Positions 28,367-38,333 of a stretch of DNA of 64,000 bases are shown piece after piece. Each line of letters begins with the position of its first letter. Positions within the stretch are counted from its first letter, which is position 1. The stretch covers positions 369,468 to 433,467 of the forward strand of contig CAVOWH010000004.1 of assembly GCA_963700055.1 (NCBI GenBank). The letters run 5' to 3'. The stretch comes from an uncultured delta proteobacterium. GTDB taxonomy: Bacteria; Desulfobacterota; Desulfobacteria; Desulfobacterales; SpSt-501. Position numbers and translations under genes: made by a program. Below the pieces are notes generated by a model, which had not been told where the DNA came from, did not search any database, and was given only the letters and a program-made list of their open reading frames with translations.

Positions 28367-30016
28367 ATGAAGAGAGTGAAATCTGCGGGTACCATTCTTT
28401 TGGTCCTGTGGCTGCTCGTTTTTATTGCCCACCCCACAGGGGCCAGCCCCGGTCCGGCCGAGGGTGAGCAGGCTCCGGGGAGAGAAATGGCGCAGCAGGC
28501 CACCAAAGGAGCCAAGCGCTGGATCACGACGGATCATTCCAAGCACGAGACCCTGAAGCAGACGTTCGCATCGGGGCCGGAGGTGACCAAGGCCTGCCTG
28601 AGCTGCCATTCGGAGGCGGCCGCCCAGATCCACAAGACCATCCACTGGACCTGGGTCGACCCGGCCTCCCCCAAGGACAAACCCATGGGCAAAGGAGCGC
28701 TCACGGTCAATAATTACTGAGTGAGCATCCACAGCAACGAGGCTCGTTGCACCTCCTGCCACATCGGATACGGATGGAAGGACAAAAGTTTCGATTTCAG
28801 CGATGCGAGCAAGGTGGACTGCCTCGTCTGCCACGAGCAGACGGGCACCTACAAGAAGTTCCCGGCCGGCGCCGGCAACCCCGTTAAGGAACCCATCCTT
28901 TTCCCAGGCGACGGCATCACCTATCTGCCGCCGGAATGGAACAAGGTGGCCCAGAGCGTGGGACGGCCCAGCCGGGAGAACTGCGGCGTCTGCCATTTCT
29001 ACGGCGGCGGCGGCGACATGATAAAGCACGGCGACCTGGACTCTTCGATGACCAAGCCGAATAAGGCCCTCGACGTCCACATGGGCGTCGACGGCAAGAA
29101 CTTCGACTGCACGCGCTGCCACACCACGAGCGCCCATCAGGTGGCCGGCCGCATCTACTCGACCCCGGCCGCCACCGAGCGCAGGACTCTGGTGCAGGAC
29201 GACCTGACACCCCGCATCACCTGCGAGTCATGCCACACCGCCACCCCGCACAAGCCGGGTGTGAAGGCCAACGACCACACCGACAAGGTGGCCTGCCAGA
29301 CCTGCCACATCCCGGAATTCGCGCGCGCGTTGCCCACCAAGATGCGCTGGGACTGGTCCACGGCCGGCCAGAAGAAGGACGGCAAGCCTTACAAAGAGAA
29401 GGGCCCGCTGGGCACCACGGTGTACGACACCCAGAAGGGCAATTTTACGTGGGATAAGAACGTCAAGCCCCAGTACTTCTGGTACAGCGGCCGCATCGAC
29501 GCCGTGTCCCTGAAGGACCCGGTCGACCCGACCAAGCCCGTGGCGCTCAACTGGCCGGTGGGCCATCCCGAGGACCCCAACGCCCGCATCGCGCCCTTCA
29601 AGGTCCACACCGGCAGGCAGCCTTACGACACGGTCAACAAGACCATGCTGGTCCCGCACCTCTTCGGGCCGCCCGACTCCGCCGCCTACTGGGCGAAGTA
29701 TGATTGGCAGATCGCTCTCGAAAGCGGCATGAAGAAGGCGGGGCTGCCCTTCAGCGGCCAGTTCGATTTCGTCGAAACCAGCTATGTGTTCCCGACCACC
29801 CACATGGTCGCCCCGAAGGAAAAATCGGTCAGCTGCAACGAGTGCCATACCAAAGAAAACAGCCGCATGGCCAACATCAAGGGCGTCTACCTGCCGGGCC
29901 GCGACGGCAACAAGGTGATCGAAGTCCTGGGCTGGGCGGCGGTGCTCGGCTCGCTCGCCGGCGTTCTGCTGCATGCGTTCGGTCGTGCGGTCAGCCGCCG
30001 CAAGAAGGAGGGTTGA
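28367..30016 (+). CDS. octahaem c-type cytochrome, tetrathionate-reductase (Otr) family, with in-frame UGA (candidate selenocysteine) at 28718-28720
   Basis: Two contiguous same-frame ORFs (28367..28720 and 28721..30016). Signal peptide only on the first. Eight CxxCH motifs in total (CLSCH, CTSCH, CLVCH, CGVCH, CTRCH, CESCH, CQTCH, CNECH). C-terminal TM anchor. A cytochrome b gene follows. Confidence 0.7.
28734..28750 (+). promoter_or_regulatory. SECIS-like hairpin GCAACGA-GGC-TCGTTGC, 13 nt downstream of the UGA
   Basis: A perfect 7-bp stem (or 6 bp with an AGGCU loop) and a G-rich apical loop. The 17-nt size and the spacing resemble the minimal bacterial SECIS. Confidence 0.4.
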
Positions 30017-30019
30017 TCG

Positions 30020-30691
30020 ATGAACGCAAACGACACCTGCAAGATGGTGAATATCTATCTTTACACCCGCTACGAGCGGTTCTGGCACTGGCTGCAGAGT
30101 GCCCTGATCGTGGTCCTGCTCGTGACCGGGTTCGAGGCCAACGGCCTGTACACGCTCTTCGGTTTCAAGATCGCTTTCGACATCCACAACTTCGTGGGCA
30201 TCACCTGGCTCATCGCGTTCGCCTTCTTCGTCTTCTGGGTGTTCACTACCGGCGAATGGCGCCAGTACATCCCCACCACCAAGAAGATGCTGCTGGTGGT
30301 GCGCTATTACATGTACGGGATTTTCCGCGGCGAACCCCACCCGGTCCCGAAGCGCAAGGACGCCAAGCACAACCCTCTGCAGCGCCTGGTCTACTTGAGC
30401 CTGGCGGCGTTCCTGCTGCCGGTGCAGATGCTGAGCGGGCTGCTGTACTGGACCTACAACTCCTGGGGTGCCTGGGGCCTCGGCTGGATGTCGCTGAAGG
30501 TCGTGGCGGCCGTGCATTTGGCCGGCGGCTTCGCCATCCTCTCGTTCCTCGTCGTGCACATCTACATGATCACCACCGGCCACAGCCTCAGCGCCCACAC
30601 CCGGGCCATGATCTGCGGCTGGGAGGAAGTCGAGGAAAGGGAAGCGATCGAGGATTGGGAAATCAAATCGCGCGTCAAGACCCCGGTCTGA
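30020..30691 (+). CDS. membrane cytochrome b (PhsC / FdhC-like di-haem b subunit)
   Basis: 223 aa. RYERFWHWLQ at the start of TM1, four to five TM segments and conserved His in TM helices. It starts 4 nt after the cytochrome c stop. Confidence 0.75.
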   Translation: MNANDTCKMVNIYLYTRYERFWHWLQSALIVVLLVTGFEANGLYTLFGFKIAFDIHNFVGITWLIAFAFFVFWVFTTGEWRQYIPTTKKMLLVVRYYMYGIFRGEPHPVPKRKDAKHNPLQRLVYLSLAAFLLPVQMLSGLLYWTYNSWGAWGLGWMSLKVVAAVHLAGGFAILSFLVVHIYMITTGHSLSAHTRAMICGWEEVEEREAIEDWEIKSRVKTPV

Positions 30692-30702
30692 TGGAAAGAA
30701 GC

Positions 30703-30728
30703 GGGGAAGCCGCGTCCGCGGCTTCCCC
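30703..30728. terminator. GC-rich hairpin between convergent genes (possible bidirectional terminator)
   Basis: GGGGAAGCCGC / GCGGCTTCCCC form an 11-bp stem with a 4-nt loop. A weak U-tract exists only on the minus-strand side. Confidence 0.45.
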
Positions 30729-30805
30729 AAGATTGATCCTTGCTAAGCCGCCTCTCCCTCCCACCGTCCGAGGCTTCTCGCGGTTCTTCAGAATCTGCCC
30801 GCTGG

Positions 30806-31171
30806 CTATTGAGGTTTTGCTGATTTCCGGGCAGTTTCTTTCAGGCAGTCCACGAACGATTCGGATGCTTCTTTTTGTTGAAGGTCGCCGCTCTTTTTAA
30901 GATAGTTCAAAAATATTTCCAGGACCTGATCCGGGGTCATCTCAAAAGTGGTATCAAGTACAGGAGCCATCGAACAGACTTCTTTCTTGGTCTCCAGGTG
31001 ATCCAGACAGGTCGAATACATGCCTCTAACGAACCCGTTGACGAATCCGTTCTGGTAGGATTGAGGCGCTTGTAGGAAATCCGCTCCGGTCATGGCCGAA
31101 TGGGCAACCGTCCCGCATGACAACGCCCAACCCAGTAGGGTGATGCTCAGCAGACGCTCTCTCCATTGCAT
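30806..31171 (-). CDS. secreted hypothetical protein
   Basis: Start at MQWRERLLSITLLGWALSCGTVAHSA (signal peptide). No family recognised. Confidence 0.4.
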   Translation of the reverse strand: MQWRERLLSITLLGWALSCGTVAHSAMTGADFLQAPQSYQNGFVNGFVRGMYSTCLDHLETKKEVCSMAPVLDTTFEMTPDQVLEIFLNYLKKSGDLQQKEASESFVDCLKETARKSAKPQ

Positions 31172-31352
31172 TGATAATCTCCTCTGTTGAGGGCTTTCAG
31201 CCAAACTATCGAGTTGGTCCATCGAGTGTCAGTATCCCAACTTCCAAGGCACCACCCTGCCTGACCCTACCTTCCGGATTCGGAGTGTCCCCATCCATCC
31301 CAGCGAGATTCTTTTGGAATGCAGGAACCGTGTCTTGATTGCTGATTTAATA

Positions 31353-33118
31353 CCTGAATTTTGCACGCAAATCACCGTTATGATCGGCGGAGGGAAAATT
31401 TTCTTTCAACCCCGCTGATCGTGGGTGGGGAACCAGCAGCCCTTCAGCCGGGGCTATCGCTGGGTATCCAGCAGCTAAAAGTCGTCTTCAACATAATGAT
31501 TTTGCGTTCCTTTTTGGTCGTGCAAGAAAATTCTTGCCTACACCGGCAGGGCAAAACGCTGCGGCCAGCCGCCAGGGGCAAGCCAGGGTTTTGTTTGGCC
31601 GCGTCGGTTGTCTAAAAAACGGAGAAAGGAAAGCATCTCCGGGGTTCTGGCATCGTGAACCGAGTACTTGATTTTGTCTCGATTGCCGTCTTGGACCACC
31701 TTGGCGGCGATAAACAGCAACTTCAGCCGAGCGATCCGAACGGTGTTGGCCACGATGCCCTTCATGACGCCGACCTTTTTCGAGGCGGCCGACACACTTT
31801 TCTGGGCCAGCATCTTCATGTAACGCCAGATGTTGTAGGCCAGCATCACGATCTGGAAAAAGGCGTAGTTGTTTTTAAACTTGACCGAGGGGATCATGTC
31901 CAGACCCTCACGCTTGGCTTCGCCCACCAGGTTTTCGACATCGGCGCGCTGGTCGTATTCGACAATGATGTGGTGGGCAGCGCCGGCCAGGTTCGTGCAG
32001 AAGATCCGATAGGTGTATTGGTCATCTTCGAACAGCACGCACTGCTGGGGTTGCGTCGATGGCGGTTTGTGCTCCTTTGCAATGCGCATGGCCACAAAAC
32101 GGCAGGCGTGGTCCCAACCGCCTGGCCGATAAAAGCAGCTATTGAATTCAACCGCCTTTCGCTTCCAGGGGCGATACCAACTGCCGGGATCAAAGACCGG
32201 GGTACATCCGCGATTGGCAATGATAAAATCAAAACCGGCCGCCAGCGCCGCCTGGACACTTTCCCAGGATAGGAATTCGCCGTCGGCCCGAAGCAGCACC
32301 TCCCGAACGCAGCCGGGCAGATGGTTTTGGATATCGGCAATAAAGGCAGCGGCTTCTTGTCCGGAAACGGTGACGCCTTTTCGCAGTTTGCCGACCAGAT
32401 ACTCACGGGTTTCTTCGATGAAACCCAATAGCGGTCGCAGCCCAAGCTTGCCCCGGTGCTGGGTGTTGTGGCCCTTGCGGGCGCCCTGCTGGTTGCCAAA
32501 AACCGTTTTGACGGTGGTGTCGATGTTGATTCGGATCCGGGCATATTGCAAACCGCACAATTGCCAGACCCGCTCGCGCAGCATATCGGCGAGCTTCAAG
32601 ACCGATGTGGCCTGATTGATTCCCAGGCTGTCCAGGTAACGCCAATAGGTGCTGGCCGCCGGAAGCCGGCTGACTCTGAAAAAGCCGCAGAGCATCGCGT
32701 CCAAGCGAACGTATACGAAATGCCAGATCCGGTTGAACCCGATAAACAGTAGCATCAAAATGCCTGCCATCATCGAATAGTGGCCCAGCTTGGGCTGCCG
32801 GCAGGGCGGCTGGTAAGCAAAGTGAAAAATTTCCCGAAAACCGACCAGATCGAAAAATTTAATCAGCGCCAACAGCCCGCCAAATGGGCTCAATTGCTCG
32901 CTGCAGGTCTCAAATTCGGTGGAAGCGTTGATTCTTCTGGCCCTGGCGCGATGTGCACAAGATCCTTTACCACCGCGGCTTTTCCTGCTAACCTTTTTTC
33001 GTCGTTTTACCATCTGGGTACCTCCTGTTATAGCTGTTTAGGTTTGGCCAAACCGTTGCTATGACAGGATCCCAGATGGTATTTTATTTTTCAACCCTTA
33101 TGCCGTGCAAAATTCAGG
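31353..33118 (-). mobile_element. intact IS1380-family insertion sequence (1766 bp) with 15-17 bp terminal inverted repeats and a 5-bp TAATA target duplication
   Basis: IRL CCTGAATTTTGCACG at 31353-31367 is the exact reverse complement of IRR at 33104-33118. TAATA sits at 31348-31352 and again at 33119-33123. A single transposase ORF lies inside. Confidence 0.8.
31538..33013 (-). CDS. IS1380-family DDE transposase
   Basis: 491-aa uninterrupted ORF. The basic N-terminus, the SPFGGLLALIKFFD motif, and the element size, CC-starting IRs and 5-bp TSD all fit IS1380. Confidence 0.8.
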   Translation of the reverse strand: MVKRRKKVSRKSRGGKGSCAHRARARRINASTEFETCSEQLSPFGGLLALIKFFDLVGFREIFHFAYQPPCRQPKLGHYSMMAGILMLLFIGFNRIWHFVYVRLDAMLCGFFRVSRLPAASTYWRYLDSLGINQATSVLKLADMLRERVWQLCGLQYARIRINIDTTVKTVFGNQQGARKGHNTQHRGKLGLRPLLGFIEETREYLVGKLRKGVTVSGQEAAAFIADIQNHLPGCVREVLLRADGEFLSWESVQAALAAGFDFIIANRGCTPVFDPGSWYRPWKRKAVEFNSCFYRPGGWDHACRFVAMRIAKEHKPPSTQPQQCVLFEDDQYTYRIFCTNLAGAAHHIIVEYDQRADVENLVGEAKREGLDMIPSVKFKNNYAFFQIVMLAYNIWRYMKMLAQKSVSAASKKVGVMKGIVANTVRIARLKLLFIAAKVVQDGNRDKIKYSVHDARTPEMLSFLRFLDNRRGQTKPWLAPGGWPQRFALPV

Positions 33119-33137
33119 TAATAATCAAAAAAAAGAG

Positions 33138-33191
33138 AGGTGTCATATCTCGATTATTGATTTAATAGTCGATAATCGAGATATGACACCT
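33138..33191. repeat. perfect 20-bp inverted repeat (hairpin) with a 14-nt spacer
   Basis: AGGTGTCATATCTCGATTAT at 33138-33157 and its exact reverse complement at 33172-33191. It directly abuts the truncated IS630 transposase remnant. Confidence 0.7.
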
Positions 33192-33201
33192 ATTACTTGG
33201 C

Positions 33202-33802
33202 GAGGAGGAGTTTGTTCTGAGCGCCGATGAAAAGACCAGCATCCAGGCACGACGCCGCAAGCACCTCAGCTATCCGCCTCAACCGAATTCGGTGATGAAA
33301 GTCGAGCACGAGTACACCCGCTGCGGGGCGTGGGCCTACATGGCTGCCATCGATGTGCACCATGCAAAATTGTTCGGCCGCTGCGAGACACGCAATGGCA
33401 TCGCCAGTTTTGATCGACTCGTCGAACAGGTGATGACCCAGGCGCCCTATCGCCGGGCCAAGCGTGTCTTTTGGATTCTCGACAACGGCTCCGCCCACCG
33501 GGGGCAACGCTGCATTACCCGGCTTCAAGGCCGGTACCCCAAACTTGATTGTCGTTCATGCGCCCGTGCATGCGAGTTGGCTGAACCAAATTGAAATTTA
33601 CTTCTCGATCCTGCAGCGCAAGCTGCTGACCCCGAATGATTTTAAATCGCTAAAGGATCTTCAACAGCATCTGATGGAGTTTCAGAACTACTATGAGCAG
33701 ATCGCCAAGCCCTTTGAATGGAAATTCACCCGCCAGGATTTGACAGCTCTGCTCAACAAGCTAAAACCGGCGTCACTCACTATCGAACGCCTCGCAGCAT
33801 AA
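33202..33802 (+). pseudogene. IS630-family (DDE_3) transposase, N-terminally truncated and frameshifted
   Basis: It begins at ..EEEFVLSADEKTSIQAR (the start of the catalytic domain, so the HTH part is missing). Frame A reads ..ILDNGSAHRG..RYP and frame B continues NLIVVHAPVHASWLNQIEIYFS. The shift lies in the CCCCAAAC run near 33536-33543. Confidence 0.75.
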
Positions 33803-33833
33803 AAATACGTGAGCGAATTGATGAAATGATGTA

Positions 33834-34567
33834 CTAAGCCCCGCGAGCAGAAGTTATCGTTCCCACCCGATCTTCAAATTCTTTATAGGCCGCTGTCAGC
33901 ATGCCGAGGAAGTAATTCCACCACGGTCGAAGGTCGTGCCTGCCTTTATGCCAGCCCTGAGAACTCTTGTATAAAGCATCGTAATACGTTTCCTTGCTCT
34001 CCTCGACGATACGTTCGAGGCTTATGTACCTTCCAGCTTCATACCCTGTTTGATAAAGCAGCAGCAGGGAGAGAAGGCGCCCTATGCGGCCGTTGCCGTC
34101 TTTGAAAGGGTGAACACATTCAAAATCGAGTACGAAAGTGGCAATCAGCAACAAGGGGTCTGCTTCTTTTCTTTCCACTTTCTACCCTTTTCGTCAGTGA
34201 AGCGGTAAAGCGCACGATGCCAGTCCAGGATGAGCTCAGTCGAAAGTTAAAGGCGGGCATGATTGGCGTGCACAGATGCAAGAACATCCCGGTACCCCGC
34301 CACTTCCTGTTCAGAGCGGTCACGCGGTTTGGCTTTCTTTGAAACAAGGGCTTCGACTCTCCCTGGGGCGACTGTTATTCCCTCGATTCTGTTCGATGAT
34401 TCAGTGCTCTGCACTATGGCAACGCGGCGCAATGTAGTAAGGACTTCAGGGAACTGGTCGGCATAAAGGGTCTGACGGCCCCTGAACTCACCCAATAGCC
34501 GCATTGCCATCAGAAGCGCATGAGAGAGCGGCGTTTCAAGATAATAGCCATATTCAAATGATTTCAT
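33834..34567 (-). pseudogene. Fic/DOC-family protein, disrupted by frameshifts and a short internal deletion
   Basis: An N-terminal fragment ORF ends at ..HANHARL*. A middle piece (LSTELILDWHRALYRFTDEKG) sits in another frame. The C-terminal ORF carries the Fic motif HPFKDGNGRIGR. Confidence 0.75.
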
Positions 34568-34617
34568 GATTTATGCTTCCCATAAGGTCACTTGGCCTGC
34601 CCTCACCATTATTGGCC

Positions 34618-35115
34618 TCATGAGCGAAGGTTGCCTGGCATTTTCCCCAGCAGCTTGCGGATATCCTCCTCGTGCAGGCGCACGTGTTCGTAGGCCCAGC
34701 GGATGAAGCGGTCGAGTTTGCCCTGGCCGTGAAAGGCGTGCAGGCCTTCGCGGTCGAGGTCTTCCTCCTTCATCTCGCGGACGATGCGGATGGTCTCCCG
34801 GCGCACGGCTTTGAAGCGTTCGATCAGCTCATCCAGGGTCAGGCCGTCGAACTTGGGTGTCTGGGAGCGGTTGAAGCGCTCGAAGTCGAAGTCCGGCGGC
34901 GCGCCCGGGCCGCCGGACAGCAGGTTTTTGAAAAGCCACTGCATGGAGCCCTCGATGGCGACGAAGTGGGCCAGCACCTGCCGCACCGTCCACTGCGCCC
35001 CGTCCGAGTAAAGTTGGGTGCGCAGCTCCTGCGCGCTCAGCGACTGGAAAAGCGATACGGTTTCAGAAAGGTTATTATCAAGCTCGGCTGCGATTGCATT
35101 CCGGCGGTCTGTCAC
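34618..35115 (-). CDS. DinB-family (DinB_2) protein
   Basis: 165 aa. Four-helix-bundle His triad context (QVLAHFVAIE ... YEHVRLHEEDI). Confidence 0.75.
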   Translation of the reverse strand: MTDRRNAIAAELDNNLSETVSLFQSLSAQELRTQLYSDGAQWTVRQVLAHFVAIEGSMQWLFKNLLSGGPGAPPDFDFERFNRSQTPKFDGLTLDELIERFKAVRRETIRIVREMKEEDLDREGLHAFHGQGKLDRFIRWAYEHVRLHEEDIRKLLGKMPGNLRS

Positions 35116-35220
35116 AGCACCCCCCGAAGTATAGAAGGTTCTGGCCCGGCCCGGGGCCGGATCCAGCTATCCTCTTGAATATTCATTGGCGTATCTGCTC
35201 GCCCCTGTGTCTTTGACGAT

Positions 35221-35457
35221 CTATTTTAAAGATTTGATTTCTTCAAATGGCTTGTTTTCGTTTTTTTCGTCAACGAATTTCACGACACCGGTTACGGTGT
35301 CAATTACATAAACATATACCCAGTCACGTTTGAGGCAGGTGGAGATTTGGTATCGTCCGACCAGCGTGCTATTCGGGCCGCTCCCCACTATAAAAACCAG
35401 GCCAAGCATAATTAAGGCGCCAAGAACCAAATAAAAAATGGGCCGGCTCATTTTCAT
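35221..35457 (-). CDS. small membrane-anchored hypothetical protein
   Basis: ATG at 35457 with a GGAGG SD. One N-terminal TM helix. Confidence 0.4.
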   Translation of the reverse strand: MKMSRPIFYLVLGALIMLGLVFIVGSGPNSTLVGRYQISTCLKRDWVYVYVIDTVTGVVKFVDEKNENKPFEEIKSLK

Positions 35458-35473
35458 CGCGGTCCTCCCCTTG

Positions 35474-35770
35474 CTAATCCGCAAGACCGTATTGGTAGAC
35501 TTCGTAAGTGGTTTCACGCCCCAGCAGGATATCGATCTTGGATTGGAGCTCCTTTCTCTGACTGCTGTTCAACCAGTTCTCCCAATCCTTGAAAGACTGC
35601 CAATTGCTGATAACCAGAAACTCCTCGGGGTTATCTATTCTCCGCAACGTCTCACCGGAAATATAGCCCTCTTGCTGCATGGCGAGAATCCGCAGCTGGC
35701 GTGAAAGTGCGACCATGGTCTGAGCCATGTCCAGGGGTAAACGCCGTTTGATCAAAATCTTGACTGCCAT
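35474..35770 (-). CDS. antibiotic-biosynthesis-monooxygenase (ABM) domain protein
   Basis: ATG at 35770 with a strong AAAGGAGG SD. EGYISGETLR....PEEFLVISNWQS.KDWENW fits the ABM ferredoxin-like fold pattern. Confidence 0.7.
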   Translation of the reverse strand: MAVKILIKRRLPLDMAQTMVALSRQLRILAMQQEGYISGETLRRIDNPEEFLVISNWQSFKDWENWLNSSQRKELQSKIDILLGRETTYEVYQYGLAD

Positions 35771-36107
35771 TATGACCTCCTTTCGAATGCGCATACGCTT
35801 CAACCGAAATTCCCCATGGAAACAAAAAACCCCATATCCCGGTAAGATATGGGGGCGTAGCTTCTTGGCTCATTGCCGCCTCGCTTGAAGGTTCTATGCC
35901 TGGCTGCTGGTTATCATCGTATCTCTGCTGGAGTCGGAGGTCAAGGATCGATTTGGCGTGAAGGCTTCAGCTCCATCCTGACGCGCCGGTGCTGGGCCAC
36001 CAAAGCCCCGGCAACGACGCTCCTTCAAAGCCCGCACGCACATCGACGGGCCCTTTGGGACGCACAGGCAAGGAGGGGCGCGAATGGGGCAGGGCTCGGG
36101 TCGGGAT

Positions 36108-38310
36108 TCAGCTGAAGCCGAGCAGGCGGCCGCCCTGGTAAACCAAGCCGGCGGCCACCCAGGCCACCGAGGTGCTGTAGCCGATGCTGAAGAACATCCA
36201 GCGGAAGGAACCGGTCTCCCTGCGGATGGCGGTCGTGGTGGCGAGACAGGGCAGATAAAGCAGTACGAAGACCATCATGGACAGGGCCGAGAGCGGCCGC
36301 ATGCCAGATTCCAGCAATGCTTTTTGGAGGGCGCTTTCCTCCTCGCGGTCGCCCACCGCGTGCAGAACTCCCAGGGTGCTAAGCACGATTTCCTTGGCTA
36401 CGAAGCCGGAGAGCAGCGCCACCCCGCCGCGCCAGTCGATCCCCAGCGGCGTAAACGCCGGCTCAACGAAGCGGCCGAATCGGCCGATGAAGGAATTCGT
36501 CGTCTGTTCGGCTTTTTCCGCGCGACGGAGCGCGGCGGCGGCTTCCTCGTACCTTTCCTCGATCTCGCGGCTCTCTGCGTCGCCGGCCGCTGCCTTGCGG
36601 CTCTCTGCGACCGCCGCCGCTTGTCGGATTTCCGCTGCGTAATCCCGACTCAGGGAAACGTCGCGCGGGAACGAGGACAAAGCCCAAATGATCACCGACC
36701 CGAGGCAGAATGATCTTGCCCATCTTGCGCAGGAAAATTTTGCTGCGGTCCCACATGTGGATCAGAAGGCTCTTGGCCATGGGCATGCGGTAGGGGGGCA
36801 GCTCCATGACGAAGGGGGCGTCCGCGCCCTTGAGCAGCGTGGAGCGGAAAAGCCGTCCGGTGAGGATGGAAAGCACGATCCCCATCAGGTAAAGGCCGAA
36901 GATCACCGTCCCGGCGCGCGTGCCGAAAAAAGCGCCGGCCAGCACGACATAAACCGGCAGTTTGGCCGAACAGGACATGAAGGGGGTGATCAGGATGGTA
37001 AGGATGCGGTCCTTCTCGCTTTCCAGGGTGCGCGCGGCCATGATGGCCGGCACGTTGCAGCCGAACCCCATGAGCATGGGAATGAAGGACTTGCCGTGCA
37101 GCCCGATCAAATGCATGATCCGGTCCATCAGGAAGGCCGAGCGCGCCATGTAGCCGGTGTCTTCGAAAATGGCGATGCACAGGAATAGGATCAGAATGTT
37201 GGGCAGGAAGACGATCACGCTGCCGACGCCCCCGATGATCCCGTCGAGAATCAGGCCGCGCAAGGCGCCCTGCGGCAGCAGGCCACCGGCCGCTTCGGAG
37301 AGCAGTTTCACGCCGGCCTCGATCCACTGCACGGGGTATTCGCCCAGGGTGAAGGTCAGCTGAAACATGGCCCAGATGAAAAAAATGAAAATCGGGAAAC
37401 CGAAGAAGCGGTGCGTCAGCACCAGGTCGATCGTGCGCGAAAGGTCCACCCGCTGGCGGGTGCCGGCGGTCTGGACTTCGCGCACGATGCCGGCGATGAA
37501 ACCGTAGCGCTCGTCGGTCATGACGATCTGCGGGTCCTCGTCGTAGCGCGCGGCGAGCTGCTGGCGCAGCGCCTGGCCGGCCTGCAGAATCGCGCGCCCG
37601 GCGTCGCCGGGCACTGCGGCGATCAGGCGCGCCTTGACGATCTGGTCGTCTTCGATCAGCTTGATGGCCATCCAGCGCGAAGGGTAGGGCAGGGCGCCGT
37701 TGCTCTTGGTCACCATGAAGTTGCGCAGGCGTCCCACGGCCTCTTCGATGTCGTGGGTGTACTTCACCCGCCGGCTGCGCGGCAGCGGGACGGGGGACTC
37801 CGCCAACTCGATCGCCGCCTGGAGCAGATCGTCCATGCCCTCATTGCGGTTGCCGACCGTGAACATCACCGGCAGATCCAGAAGTTCGGACATCTTGCGG
37901 GTATCGATCTTCATGCCACGGGCCTGGGCCAGGTCCGCCATGTTGAGGGCGAAGAGCACCTTGCAGTCCAGCTCGCGGATCTGGGTGGCCAGGTAGAGGC
38001 TGCGTTCCAGGTTCGAGGCGTCGATGATGTCGATGACGACGTCGGGGGTCTCGTCCAGAAGAAAGTTGCGCGCGATCACCTCTTCGATGGAGAAGGGCGT
38101 CAGGCTGTAGGTGCCCGGCAGGTCCACCACCGTGAGGTCGTAGCCGAAACGGTGGATGCGGCCCTCTTTTTTCTCGACGGTGACCCCCGGCCAATTGCCG
38201 ACCTTCTGACGCGTACCGGTCAGGTTATTGAAAATGGTGGTCTTGCCCGAGTTGGGATTGCCCGCCAGGGCGATGGTGAGGTGTTTTGGCGTCATGGGGA
38301 TTTCAGGCAT
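36108..38310 (-). pseudogene. feoB: ferrous iron transporter FeoB carrying a +1 frameshift near 36704-36706 (genuine or sequencing error)
   Basis: G-domain [10 protein letters not shown] and DLPGTYSL plus the full TM core in ORF 36463..38346. The FeoB sequence continues ([15 protein letters not shown]...) in ORF 36108..36695. Removing one C from CTGCCTCGGG restores GKIILLGSVIIW. The start is 38310 or 38295. Confidence 0.8.
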
Positions 38311-38333
38311 GGAAGGCAGCGCTCCATCGGAGT

